Source of the DNA: Antedon mediterranea
Taxonomy: Eukaryota > Animalia > Echinodermata
NCBI RefSeq assembly: GCF_964355755.1
Contig: NC_092673.1
Span: 28,889,648-28,953,647, forward strand
DNA length: 64,000 nucleotides
Direction of reading: 5' to 3'
In this document: piece by piece, positions 29,401 through 38,364 of the stretch
How the letters are laid out: each line of letters opens with the position of its first letter
How positions within the stretch are numbered: the first letter of the stretch is position 1
Notes under the pieces: model-generated
Databases searched by the model: none
Told to the model about the DNA's origin: nothing
What the model saw: only the letters and a program-made list of their open reading frames with translations
Made by a program: the position numbers and the translations under genes

Positions 29401-32400
29401 TCTAAGAATCCTGGTGTGCACATCAACAACATGGTGGTTGACGTGCACGGAGTGTGGATCACGATCCGTAACTCTTCTGCTTTCGGTCTCTGGGACGTAA
29501 AAACTTTAACATGCATTATGGTTTTCGACACAGCTATGGACTACATGTGTACTCCAGCATCTCTAAAGGTATGCTATAACTTTTCGTTTCTGTAATAATA
29601 ATAGTTAGTTATAAGTAAATGAATTTGAATTTGAATTTCTTTATTTAGTAATCAAGGTTAAAAAACAATAAATACAATGTAAAAAAAGTAGAAAAAACAA
29701 TTGCACAGAAACACAGGCCTTGATTACTAGGAATGCCAAGAAAAGTTAAAAACTTATTTCCACTTGGGTCCTAAAAACAAGGAAATGCTACAGTATACGC
29801 ATACTGTAGGTTCTTTTACAAATCACAAACTTTTTAAAAAGTATACTATATGTATACATTGTATTACAGTACATCAATATATATTGAGTGCTCTTTAATA
29901 ATGAGTGTCATTTCCTATTTGACTAATTATGTTTCACAAGATGTACTTGATAAGACAGGCACAGTAGAGCCAAACAGTGTTATTTTGTTTGTTCTTTATT
30001 GTATAACCGATCATTCTTGTTTTCTTCAGATGCGCGAGTTGACAGCACCAAGAGTGACGGCACTTCTACCATATCATGACACCGTGTGGGTAGGAACAGC
30101 AGATGGTCACCTGATTATTTACAACATCCACGAGATCGATCCATTATCTGTGCTAGAAGGAATGGTAGATTCTCGTGATTGCTTCAGATCTGAGGGTTCC
30201 GAAGGATTTCTTTCAGAGGAAGATCACCTTGAAGACAGTGTAAGCGCAAGAGCAGTCAAAGTCCATGACGATGGAAGGCAGGCAAAGGCAGACATGAAGC
30301 GGTTAGAGGTTTGTGTGGATCCAAGAGGATTTGAAACAAGTGTCGATAGCCGTGGATTTGATGCTAGTCTTGATACAAGAGGTTTTGAAAGCAGCTTCGA
30401 GACGAGAGGTTTTGAAACCAGTATTGACAGTAGAGGCTTTGACACCAGCATCGATAGTAGAGGCTTTGAGGAGAGCTTGGACAGTAGAGGTTATGAAGCA
30501 AGTATGGAGAGTGTTGTGACAATGGATGGATTTAGATATGATCCAAGAAGGCCGTTGTTTGATATTGGAGAGGAGTCAAGCTCGGAACAGACTTCAGATT
30601 CCAGAAACGATGTCACTGAAGCTTTTTCAGAAAATAGAAACAGTGTAATTGCGGCAGTTTCAAGAGAAAACTCAACGAATATTGGAAAAGAAAGTGAAAT
30701 TAAGGATTCATCATTTGAGAAAGAATTGGACACCAGTGAATCTGACGCTAAACAAGATGAATACCGGAACATAGAAAGCTGTGATCATGTAAAGGAGGAT
30801 TATGATCCTTTGAAAGAAAACTACGATCATTTAGAAGAAAACTATAATCAGTCAGAAGAGAACTATGACCACCTAGAGGAAAACTATGACCAGTTACAGA
30901 AAAACCAGAATCTAATGGAGAATGGCCTAATGACAGACCAGCATGGTTTAATGGATGAACTTGGTGACATCAAGGAAGACCATCAGGGTGTCATTGTAAA
31001 CCTTTATGATCTTGCAGCATCAATGGTTGCTAATAATCCAGTTGCACCAGAATATCCTTGTCCAGAGAACAGATCTGTAACAGAATCGGACATAACCTCT
31101 AGTGACATATCTCGAATTCCTGGACAAAGAGATTCTGGCAATGTGAGTGCCTTCTCTGGTGATCAGAAGCAAAGTGATGTTGAATCTGATGGAAATAGAA
31201 TTTCTGCAGCTCACAGTAAAGAAAGCTGTTTTGAATCTGTTTCAGAATCTGCATCGGTGGCGTCCTCTGTGACGGACATATCGCCGGTTGTACTATCAGT
31301 TGATATTGGTGGAAGCAGTGATCTTGATAGTCTGTCACAGGCTACTTCTGGTTTGAGCTTAGATGGAAGACTTCCTCCAATATTTCATCTTCCCATGGAG
31401 CATGCTCATAAACAAACTGTTGAAAAAGAGGTTCAAACAGAAGCACCATGTGATAAAGAAAATGAAAGGATGAATATAGTAAATGAAAGGAAAAAGGTAG
31501 AAAGGACATATTCAACAGATGGCAGAACCTACTTACCAGATGACAGAAATTACCCAACAGAAAACAGAGCCTTCCCACCAGATGACAGAACTTACCCACC
31601 AGAATTTGAAAACCCCTTAGAATCAAGTATCGAAACCAATGGAACTCTGTGTGCCTCTGGTGAATTTCTAGTAAGCGACGACTTGACCATCAGCGGAGAG
31701 TTCACGTCCAGCGTAAAATTGAGGTCAGGGAACATAGTTTGTGGAAAGTCAACATTTCTTCGTGTGTCGTCCAATAAGAGCTCTGCGGTTTCTGGTGGCA
31801 GTAATAGCGATTCTAGAGATGGACAATCTGCTATTTCAACTAGTATCAGCGATGTTGATAAGCAAAGTCTTGAAAGTGAAGGAGATTTTGTAATCGTGCC
31901 TCCCTCTTCAGTCGAGCAATTAAAAGTAGAAGAAGCTCAGTATACCACTAAATACCGCAATGGTCGCAAACAGCAAAATAGAAGAGGGAAGATCAAGGCT
32001 AAAATGGTATCAAGTCCTCAAACTGTTAGAAAACTTCTTCATTCAAGTTCTAAAAGATCGAAAAAAACTGCCTCAACAAAAGTTAAAAAGCCTGAAGATG
32101 GAGTCAGTGGACCAGAAACATCAAAACCAATGGAAAAAGTTCAGAGCGTAATTGGTAAAATTAATAAGTTAAAACGTGGGGCAACAAGGAAGTCAAGAAG
32201 ATACCGGTTGAGTCAAATATTCGTTGAAGAGCCAAATAACTCCACTTGTTTGGAACATGTAACCAACTCTACCATCACACCAGTACCAGAAGATCCAGAG
32301 GACTTCAGCAAAGACCCTAAGAAAATACAGAGAAAGTCAGTGATGTCTATGCTCTTGCAAGGAGAGCTACCGCCAAGCTTTGCCTTTTCAGAAATTGCTG

Positions 32401-33141
32401 TTCAACCACGATTTGACCTGGAAGTACAAGTCCAGCATAAGATATCTGAATGTCCAGTTAGATGTCTTGTACAATCAAGGTTAGTATACAAGTACATGTT
32501 GAATTGTTTATACCATATGACAGCGTCAAGTGCCAGTTGGATTGGGTATGGAATTTGGGAGAAATAAGAGGATGGGATTATACTTGAGAAAGTCAGTAAG
32601 CTTTATATACTGATTTTGCATTGTATCTGTATTGTAGTATTAGTGGGACACAAGATGCAGCAGTTGTTAGCTGTGCTGGCTATTTTGGAGATGATGAGGC
32701 AGCCTTGAGGTGGACATGTCATGCCAGAGAGGTATTATTTAATAAACAATTCATATAATACCAATCTAGTGTTTTCAGTGGCTCCTTCAAAGTAATATTT
32801 CCTAGTGTATAGAGACCTTTTTATTTAGAAACAAGTTATATCATGTCAATTTATTGTGCGCCTGCAGGGAAGTTGGGATGTGATCTTCGATTTATTCCTT
32901 ATCATGGGTTTGATGGTTTCTAAGTTCAGGCGACAACTGATAACACATTAATGCATAGGCCGTAGGTCATCAAAATCTCCCCAATATATGGGTCAGAACT
33001 CATTGTGTATTGAAAGTCCATGAAGACAAGTTAAATAATATCCTTACAGTTTATTGTATTCACTGTTTTTAAACTTATAGTATTAATTTATTGTTTTTTC
33101 AGAATGTATGGATACAAGTACCTATTGAGCCCATCCTGTAA
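2430..33141 (+). CDS. TBC1D2B: TBC1D2/TBC1D2B-family Rab GTPase-activating protein with C-terminal WD40-like extension (multi-exon, 5' end outside window)
   Basis: Phase-compatible GT-AG exons: 2430-2610, 4711-4812, 6156-6290, 7974-8141, 12932-13064, 13317-13384, 14216-14336, 14659-14727, 19414-19518, 21193-21330, 21934-22058, 22362-22572, 22821-23000, 23841-24054, 25869-25960, 26244-26341, 27306-27417, 28769-28902, 29370-29568, 30030-32479, 32638-32731, 33103-33141 (TAA). Translation shows a coiled coil, DSYGF, LRSLVRRGIP, Arg finger QINLDLLRT, Gln finger GYCQGMN, LNWFL, RVWDCFL and DLEPFP, which resemble TBC1D2-family GAPs (recognised from memory). Confidence 0.85.
2913..3037. mobile_element. 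MITE family A copy
   Basis: Both TIRs present (CTGTCTACACTATCAAACT / AGTTTGATAGTGTAGACAG). Confidence 0.8.
4479..4507 (+). CDS. Putative alternative first coding exon (MATNLEEEE) of the TBC gene
   Basis: ATG at 4479, open frame to a GA|gtaggt donor in phase 2, the same phase as the 2610 donor, so it joins exon 4711 in frame. Upstream frames contain stops. Confidence 0.5.
5410..5715. repeat. Degenerate (ATC/ATT)n microsatellite
   Basis: Runs of CAT/ATC/ATT triplets. Confidence 0.9.
6767..6804. mobile_element. 38-bp perfect hairpin with 7-bp TSD (P-element-like footprint)
   Basis: TTTAAAT|CATAGAGATATTATAGTG-AA-CACTATAATATCTCTATG|TTTAAAT. Confidence 0.7.
7092..7230. mobile_element. MITE family A copy
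   Basis: AGCTCTGTCTACACTATCAAACT left TIR, degraded right TIR. Confidence 0.8.
7316..7512. mobile_element. Degraded TTAA-type (Kolobok-like) MITE
   Basis: Right end AATAAAGCCAGTATTG..CCAAGTAAGTGTGCCTTTAA is the inverted match of the left end ACTTACCTGG..CATTGGCTTTATT. Confidence 0.5.
8922..9119. mobile_element. MITE family A copy with expanded internal 21-bp repeat
   Basis: TIRs plus four CCCAAATATGGTAGTGATATG-like units. Confidence 0.8.
15531..15655. mobile_element. Interspersed repeat fragment (SINE-like), related to 55232-55303
   Basis: Shared TTATTACCCTGGTCAT...AAAGTTGTGTCTTGACC...ACCCAT blocks. Confidence 0.5.
15661..15814. mobile_element. MITE family A copy
   Basis: TIRs and internal motif. 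Confidence 0.8.
16590..17480. repeat. Intronic minisatellite, unit about 96-100 bp, about 9 copies
   Basis: Repeated ATGTTATACATTCAAAATGTTA..TACTATACATCGTTTCAATGTTCTACTATTCTCTCTTACACG..GATACATACATGACT. Confidence 0.92.
18133..18288. mobile_element. MITE family A copy adjacent to the LINE tail
   Basis: TIRs and internal motif. Confidence 0.8.
18300..19342 (-). mobile_element. 5'-truncated non-LTR retrotransposon (Rex1/Babar- or L2/CR1-like) RT C-terminus with 3' UTR and (TTGAA)n tail
   Basis: ORF 19314-18511 has TGVPQGCVLSPLLY, YADD, KTKEM, YKYLG, LFFLRKL..FY..I.S and HPLH motifs. (CAATT)n on + at about 18300-18320 is the tail. Confidence 0.9.
20236..20382. mobile_element. MITE family A copy (opposite orientation)
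   Basis: TAA|AGCTCTGTCTACACTATCAAACT...AGTGTAGACAGAGCT|TTA. Confidence 0.85.
22583..22709. mobile_element. MITE family A copy 10 bp from a splice donor
   Basis: TIRs and internal motif. Confidence 0.85.
23596..23706. mobile_element. MITE family A copy
   Basis: TIRs, internally shortened. Confidence 0.8.
24585..24905. repeat. 17-18 bp minisatellite with palindromic ACCATGGT core
   Basis: Repeated GCAGCTTCACCATGGYT. Confidence 0.9.
25969..26095. mobile_element. MITE family A copy 8 bp from a splice donor
   Basis: TIRs and internal motif. Confidence 0.85.
26571..27228. mobile_element. Foldback/TIR element of unassigned family
   Basis: Ends GCCCCATAACAAAAAG / CTTTTTGCTATGGGGC; inner inverted pair TAGAAATAGCTCTATT / AATAGAGCTATTTCTA; internal ATAG/CTAT-rich repeats. 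Confidence 0.6.
27562..28478. mobile_element. PIF/Harbinger-like non-autonomous element
   Basis: Perfect TIR of about 38 bp, CGCCCGTATTCTTAAACCGGACTTTAGTCGTAGTTCGA; TAA TSD at 27559-61 and 28479-81. Confidence 0.88.
29226..29338. mobile_element. MITE family A copy
   Basis: TIRs and internal motif. Confidence 0.8.
30030..32479 (+). CDS. Giant 2450-nt internal exon of the TBC gene (acidic/Ser-rich insertion in the WD40-like region)
   Basis: Lies within the 905-aa ORF; ttcag|ATG acceptor and AAG|gttagt donor. Begins with WD-like VTALLPYHDTVWVGTADGHLIIY and ends with ECPVRCLVQS. Confidence 0.85.
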
Positions 33142-33564
33142 CCCCCCCCCCCCCCCACCAGAATTACTTAGATATAGAGCAAAGAAGGAATTGTTTATTT
33201 ACTCTATGATACAAATACCTACAGAGCCAATTGTGTGATCACCGCCCACAGTGCCAGCAAAAGGAGCTGACCTATTGTCAGTATAGTGACCAAGTGTTTA
33301 TATTAAATTGTACATGAAAAACTAAAAGTAGACCTACGCGAATTGTTGATGTTGTGCCAAAGATCATTTATTTAAGTAATAAAGGAAAAAAATATGTTTA
33401 TCATGTAATATAAATAATAAGAGAATTAATATGAATCAAACGATAAAGATTAATAAAAATGTCATAGAGTTTGTCTATACAATAATCAGGATAATATGTA
33501 CTGTAATTTGCATGGATTTTGTGTGATGATTTTATTTAATAAGTAATCATTGGTGGATTCAATA

Positions 33565-33875
33565 TCAATAATTAGTAATCGCATTTTCATTGGTCAATTC
33601 ATAATGAATAATTAGTAATCTCATTTTCATTTGAATAATTAGTAATCACATTTTCATTGGTCAATTCACAATAAATAATTATTAATCTTATTTTATTTGG
33701 TCAATTCATAATGAATAATTAGTAATCTCATTTTCATTTGAATAATTGGTAATCACATTTTCATTGGTTAATTCACAAGAAATAATTATTAATCTCATTT
33801 TCATTGGTCAATTCATAATGAATAATTAGTAACTTTATTTTCAATTGGTCAATTCATAATGAATAATTCATGAAT
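33565..33875. repeat. Degenerate ~40-bp repeat in the TBC gene 3' region
   Basis: Repeated AATAATTAGTAATCTCATTTTCATTGGTCAATTCATAATG. Confidence 0.8.
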
Positions 33876-34215
33876 CTCATATTAAAACTACAGCATTGGT
33901 AAATTAAAAAGCATCTTTAATATTCTTTCCATTATTGAAAATATGTTTTATTTATTAAAATCTGCAACAAGTAAATAATAAAAGCATTAATTATTGACTT
34001 AATTATTTAGACTTAAATCACCTTAAATCACTACCTCAAATTATGGGATAGTTTTAACCATGTCTTTTTAACTATATCATTGTTGTAAGAACCATAATAT
34101 TCTTATGTATAAGCTTTCATTTAGACATATATGTAAAATTATTCAATGTTAAGATGAATATACAAATTAGGAAAGTAATGTTATATGTACAATATATATT
34201 TGCATGATAAAGCCT

Positions 34216-34281
34216 TGTCTGTCAGGAGTCGGACCTGCAACTCTCTTTTACAAGGGCGAGCACCTCAGCAATTAGACCAGA
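34216..34281 (-). mobile_element. tRNA-derived SINE head or tRNA-like relic
   Basis: Minus strand has A-box-like TGGTCTAATTGC and B-box-like GGTCCGACTCC at tRNA-like spacing; no clean cloverleaf. Confidence 0.45.
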
Positions 34282-34906
34282 ATGAATCTTAATGGTATAA
34301 CACAATGTAGCATATGTACTGTATGTGTATAAAAATAATTTCTACAATATGAAGATAGCTTAAATGAGACAATATGTGTCTAGTGCCAATCATGTCACTA
34401 GCTGGACAGCATGAAATTATTTGATTCATCAATGGATTGAACCAAGCCGACTGCATCACCAGCACCGATAATTACGCTTTACCTCCGGTGCCACATGTTT
34501 ATGTTTTTACCTATTTGTACAATGTCTTGCCAAATAATCAGCAAAATAAGAAAACTAGAAAGCTGATGATGTTGTTTTGTTTACATAAACCTTCCCAAAT
34601 TTTGGTGCTGTTTATTTTTATAATTAGACAATTTTAGGTTTATTTTGAATATCAGAAAGTATGCATTTTGTGTTTCATTGTTTCCAAGAAAAATATGTAA
34701 AGAAATGTTTTGTTTTAATTTTATTCTATCTACATTTTTAATAAAAGTTATTTAAATGTTTATTGCTTAAATTTATTTCCTATATTTATAATCCAGAATA
34801 CTTTTATACCATCCTAACAATATTAAGTCCATGGCTTTAACCCTCAATATATGCAAGCATAAGTTCACACTAAAATCAATTTTGAGTAAAGGCTTCAGTA
34901 TCAACA

Positions 34907-35577
34907 CCCCTGGTTTAGCATTCTTAAGGGGCCCTCGAATGCTGGGTAGTTACAGTGAGGCTGCTCATGTTCTAGGTCCCCTTACACTCTGGGGCCCCTG
35001 GTTTAGCACTTCTAATGACCCTTAAACGCTGGGTAGTTACACTGAGGCTGCTCATGTTCTAGGTCCCCTTACACTCTGGGGCCCCTGGTTTAGCACTTCT
35101 AATGACCCTTAAACGCTGGGTAGTTGCACTGAAGCTGCTCATGTTCTAGGTCCCCTTACACTCTGGCGCCCCTGGTTTAGAACTTCTAATGACCCTTAAA
35201 CGCTGGGTAGTTGCACTGAGGCTGCTCATGTTCTAGGTCCCCTTACACTCTGGGCCCCTGGTTTAGCACTTCTAATGACCCTTAAACGCTGGGTAGTTGC
35301 ACTGAGGCTGCTCATGTTCTAGGTCCCCTTACACTCTGGGGCCCCTGGTTTAGCACTTCTAATGACCCTTAAACGCTGGGTAGTGTCACTGAGGCTGCTC
35401 ATGTTCTAGGTCCCCTTACACTCTGGCGCCCCTGGTTTAGAACTTCTAATGACCCTTAAACGCTGGGTAGTTGCACTGAGGCTGCTCATGTTCTAGGTCC
35501 CCTTACACTCTGGGGCCCCTGGTTTAGCACTTCTAATGACCCTTAAACGCTGGGTAGTTGCACTGAGGCTGCTCATG
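34907..35577. repeat. 87-bp minisatellite, about 7.7 copies
   Basis: Unit starts CCCCTGGTTTAGCACTTCTAATGACCC; period measured from 34995 to 35082. Confidence 0.95.
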
Positions 35578-35589
35578 CCCTGAGCCACT

Positions 35590-35938
35590 TGGTTTAGCCA
35601 GTGAATGTTCATAGCTGGTTTAGCCAGTGAATGTTCATAGCTGGTTTAGCCAGTGAATGTTCATAGCTGGTTTAGCCAGTGAATGTTCATAGCTGGTTTA
35701 GCCAGTGAATGTTCATAGCTGGTTTAGCCAGTGAATGTTCATAGCTGGTTTAGCCAGTGAATGTTCATAGCTGGTTTAGCCAGTGAATGTTCATAGCTGG
35801 TTTAGCCAGTGAATGTTCATAGCTGGTTTAGCCAGTGAATGTTCATAGCTGGTTTAGCCAGTGAATGTTCATAGCTGGTTTAGCCAGTGAATGTTCATAG
35901 CTGGTTTAGCCAGTGAATGTTCATAGCTGGTTTAGCCA
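35590..35938. repeat. 26-bp perfect minisatellite, about 13 copies
   Basis: Unit CTGGTTTAGCCAGTGAATGTTCATAG. Confidence 0.95.
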
Positions 35939-35950
35939 CTGCTCCTCTCT

Positions 35951-37310
35951 CTAAACTTTGGTTTTCTGATCGTCCTGTAAAATGTCCAATTGTTTCATAA
36001 ACCCGTCATTGGGCCGTAGGCTTGGTCGCAATGTTCTTAGCTTTGATAATTCTTGTTTGACATCAACACCTTCAGTGCGTATCAGGTAGGCAAGTATCAC
36101 TGTACATGATCGAGACACTCCAGCATTGCAGTGGACTAACGTACAACCATCCTTCCTGCCTTCATCTATGAACTCAATACATTCATCCAAGCAACTAGGG
36201 GGGAAACAAAATTTGATTAAAATATTTTTTTTGTGCAAGGTATTATTACATTTTGAGACTTTTGAGCAGTTAATTATTTTAGGAGGGCATGGCAGCCAAG
36301 GCATGGCTTTACTTATCATTCTTGCTTTACTTGTCATTCATGCCTTCATGCAAGGCAATCTAATAACAGCAGGATGCTGAGCTCCGGAGATCAAAGGGTT
36401 TATATGTGGCTGCGACACAATCAGTACCATGCCCCTTAACACAGACACAGTGCCGCTGAACATAGTACAGTACTGTTGGTTTCTTTCGCAACCAGACATA
36501 AGATCAAAAGACTGTTACGAGTTCCTACATTCGCAACGCGAGCTCAGTGTCTTGTTAGATTGTCTTGCTTCATGTTATTTGTATTCCTGTTTATAAAAAC
36601 ATGTCATTATTATGTTGTGTCAATGAGGGCTGTGACACCCCAATATATTTCTGAGCAATACCTTGTAAGATCCGTTTCTGGTAAATCCAAAAGCTCTACA
36701 TGTTTGTATACAAACACATCAGGAAATATGTTTTGTACACCAGTAGCTGTGTTCAAAATATGCGTAATGCCATGCTCTTCCAAAAGATCCAATCGATGTG
36801 CTACATCCTGGCTACCTAGAAAAGAAAACATTTTAAATCAAAATGCTTCCTGCCAAAAGAATGGAATTTGATAATTAGTTTATAAAGAAATAATTATTCA
36901 AGGAAAGCATAGCTTTGCATGAAATAAAATTAAAAAGTATAGCCAACATGTAATGATTTGTGGGCATCAACCACCATAAATAGTTTGAAGGACAAAATCA
37001 AATCTGTTGATGGTAATTGGGTCCAATGGTAGTTGGTGCTTATTAGTATCTCTAAACATAATTATTTTAAACATTTACTTAGATATAACCCAGGTCGAAC
37101 TTCCAGAACCTGTATGTCGGGTTTAGAATCTACTACAAAGAAACAGCCCCCTCCACCGCATGCTCCTTTGTCACTTCCTCCTCTCGTCGCATCAAATTGT
37201 CCAGCTTCATTTCTTCTTTCTGTAAACGTTTGACCATTAACTGTAATGACCTTTGTGCTAACTGGCTTCAGTGATCTCTTGGATGATGCCAACTGCTCTT
37301 GCAAACTCAT
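35951..37310 (-). CDS. DUSP19: Dual specificity protein phosphatase 19-like
   Basis: Exons 37310-37079, 36815-36662, 36194-35951. N-terminus MSLQEQLASSKRSLKPVSTKV, then SQDVAH..GITHILN, LLDLPETD, catalytic VHCNAGVSRS and RPSLRPNDGF. Confidence 0.88.
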
Positions 37311-37774
37311 TGTTAACAAAAATTGTGAAAAACCTGGCGAAAAATAATGAGGAAACAAGCAACATAAAAAGGAATACAGGAATAAATCATAATTATTTAA
37401 ATTACTACCAGATCATCCTGTTCATCCTGATGTGTGTCCAGGTTGGTTTGGCCCTCGTGTGGTCCCCTACTAAAATTAATTAGTTTAAAACCAATTGTTA
37501 TTGCTTCAAAAATATGCAACTCAAAGTTAAAAGAATAAAATCTCTTGCATGCAAGAAGTTGCAACAACCCGGTAACTAGAGAGGGCGGTATTTGAGCAGG
37601 AAGGTACGGTGTGTAAGAAAAGTCCATTGATTCAGAAAATTTAGGCGAAAATTACAAAATTAAAACAATCAATTTGTGTTATAACTGAAAGTGACTGATG
37701 TTTTTTGTAACACCTTTAATAACGTGATAATCTTGGGCTTGGTATAGTTGTAGTATCTACAAATTAAACAAAAT
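37311..37774. promoter_or_regulatory. Likely shared divergent promoter between DUSP19 and CSNK2B
   Basis: DUSP19 ATG at 37310 (-). Candidate non-coding first-exon donor aat|gtaagt at 37775 (+). Locally more CpG. TSS positions are inferred. Confidence 0.5.
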
Positions 37775-38364
37775 GTAAGTGATTTTATCTTAACTTTTGA
37801 TAAGGTGGTATTTCGCGGGAGTTGGGATTGGCAGGCTGGAGGTTTCATGATGAGCTCTCCTCGCGGTGTGCAGTCGCCGGGTGGTAACTACTGCTGTGGT
37901 TGGTTGCGGTGGTTTATGCTGTTAAATGTGGAAAACGATGAGGCTAGCCTTGATTTCTGTTGTATCTTACGTGAAATTCGTGTCGGTTTTATGTACATTT
38001 ATCTGATTTCTATTTATCTTACCTTTTTGTGACTTCTTAATGTCCTCTTAACTGCAACTCTTCTGTTGTTCGTTGGCTCTATCTGCCCTCCTTCTTGGTT
38101 GGACCTTTGCCGTGTGTACCTCTCAGCTGTGGTGGTAGGATCTGTGCTCTTCTTATATCATGGGATCAAAATGAAATGATGTCAGAGACACTACTAGAAC
38201 TAGGGAATAGTTAGGTCGTTTGTTGTTGATATATGATTGTGTGATTGAAAAAAATGTACCTTCCCGCCGTCCATGGCCGGATGGTGGTACCTTATTGTTT
38301 TTTTCCCTTTTGAAACACCGTGAAATAAAATGATGTTTACAAAAAATGTTGCATTTTATAGAAA

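Noticed and set aside
29850-32567. Stand-alone 905-aa gene
   Set aside because: The ends are intronic read-through; splice sites at 30030 and 32479 place it within the TBC gene.
34216-34281. Functional tRNA gene
   Set aside because: A and B boxes are degenerate and no proper acceptor stem is seen; a SINE-like relic is more likely.
34907-35938. CRISPR-like regular array
   Set aside because: Units are tandem and identical with no unique spacers; the context is eukaryotic with no cas genes.
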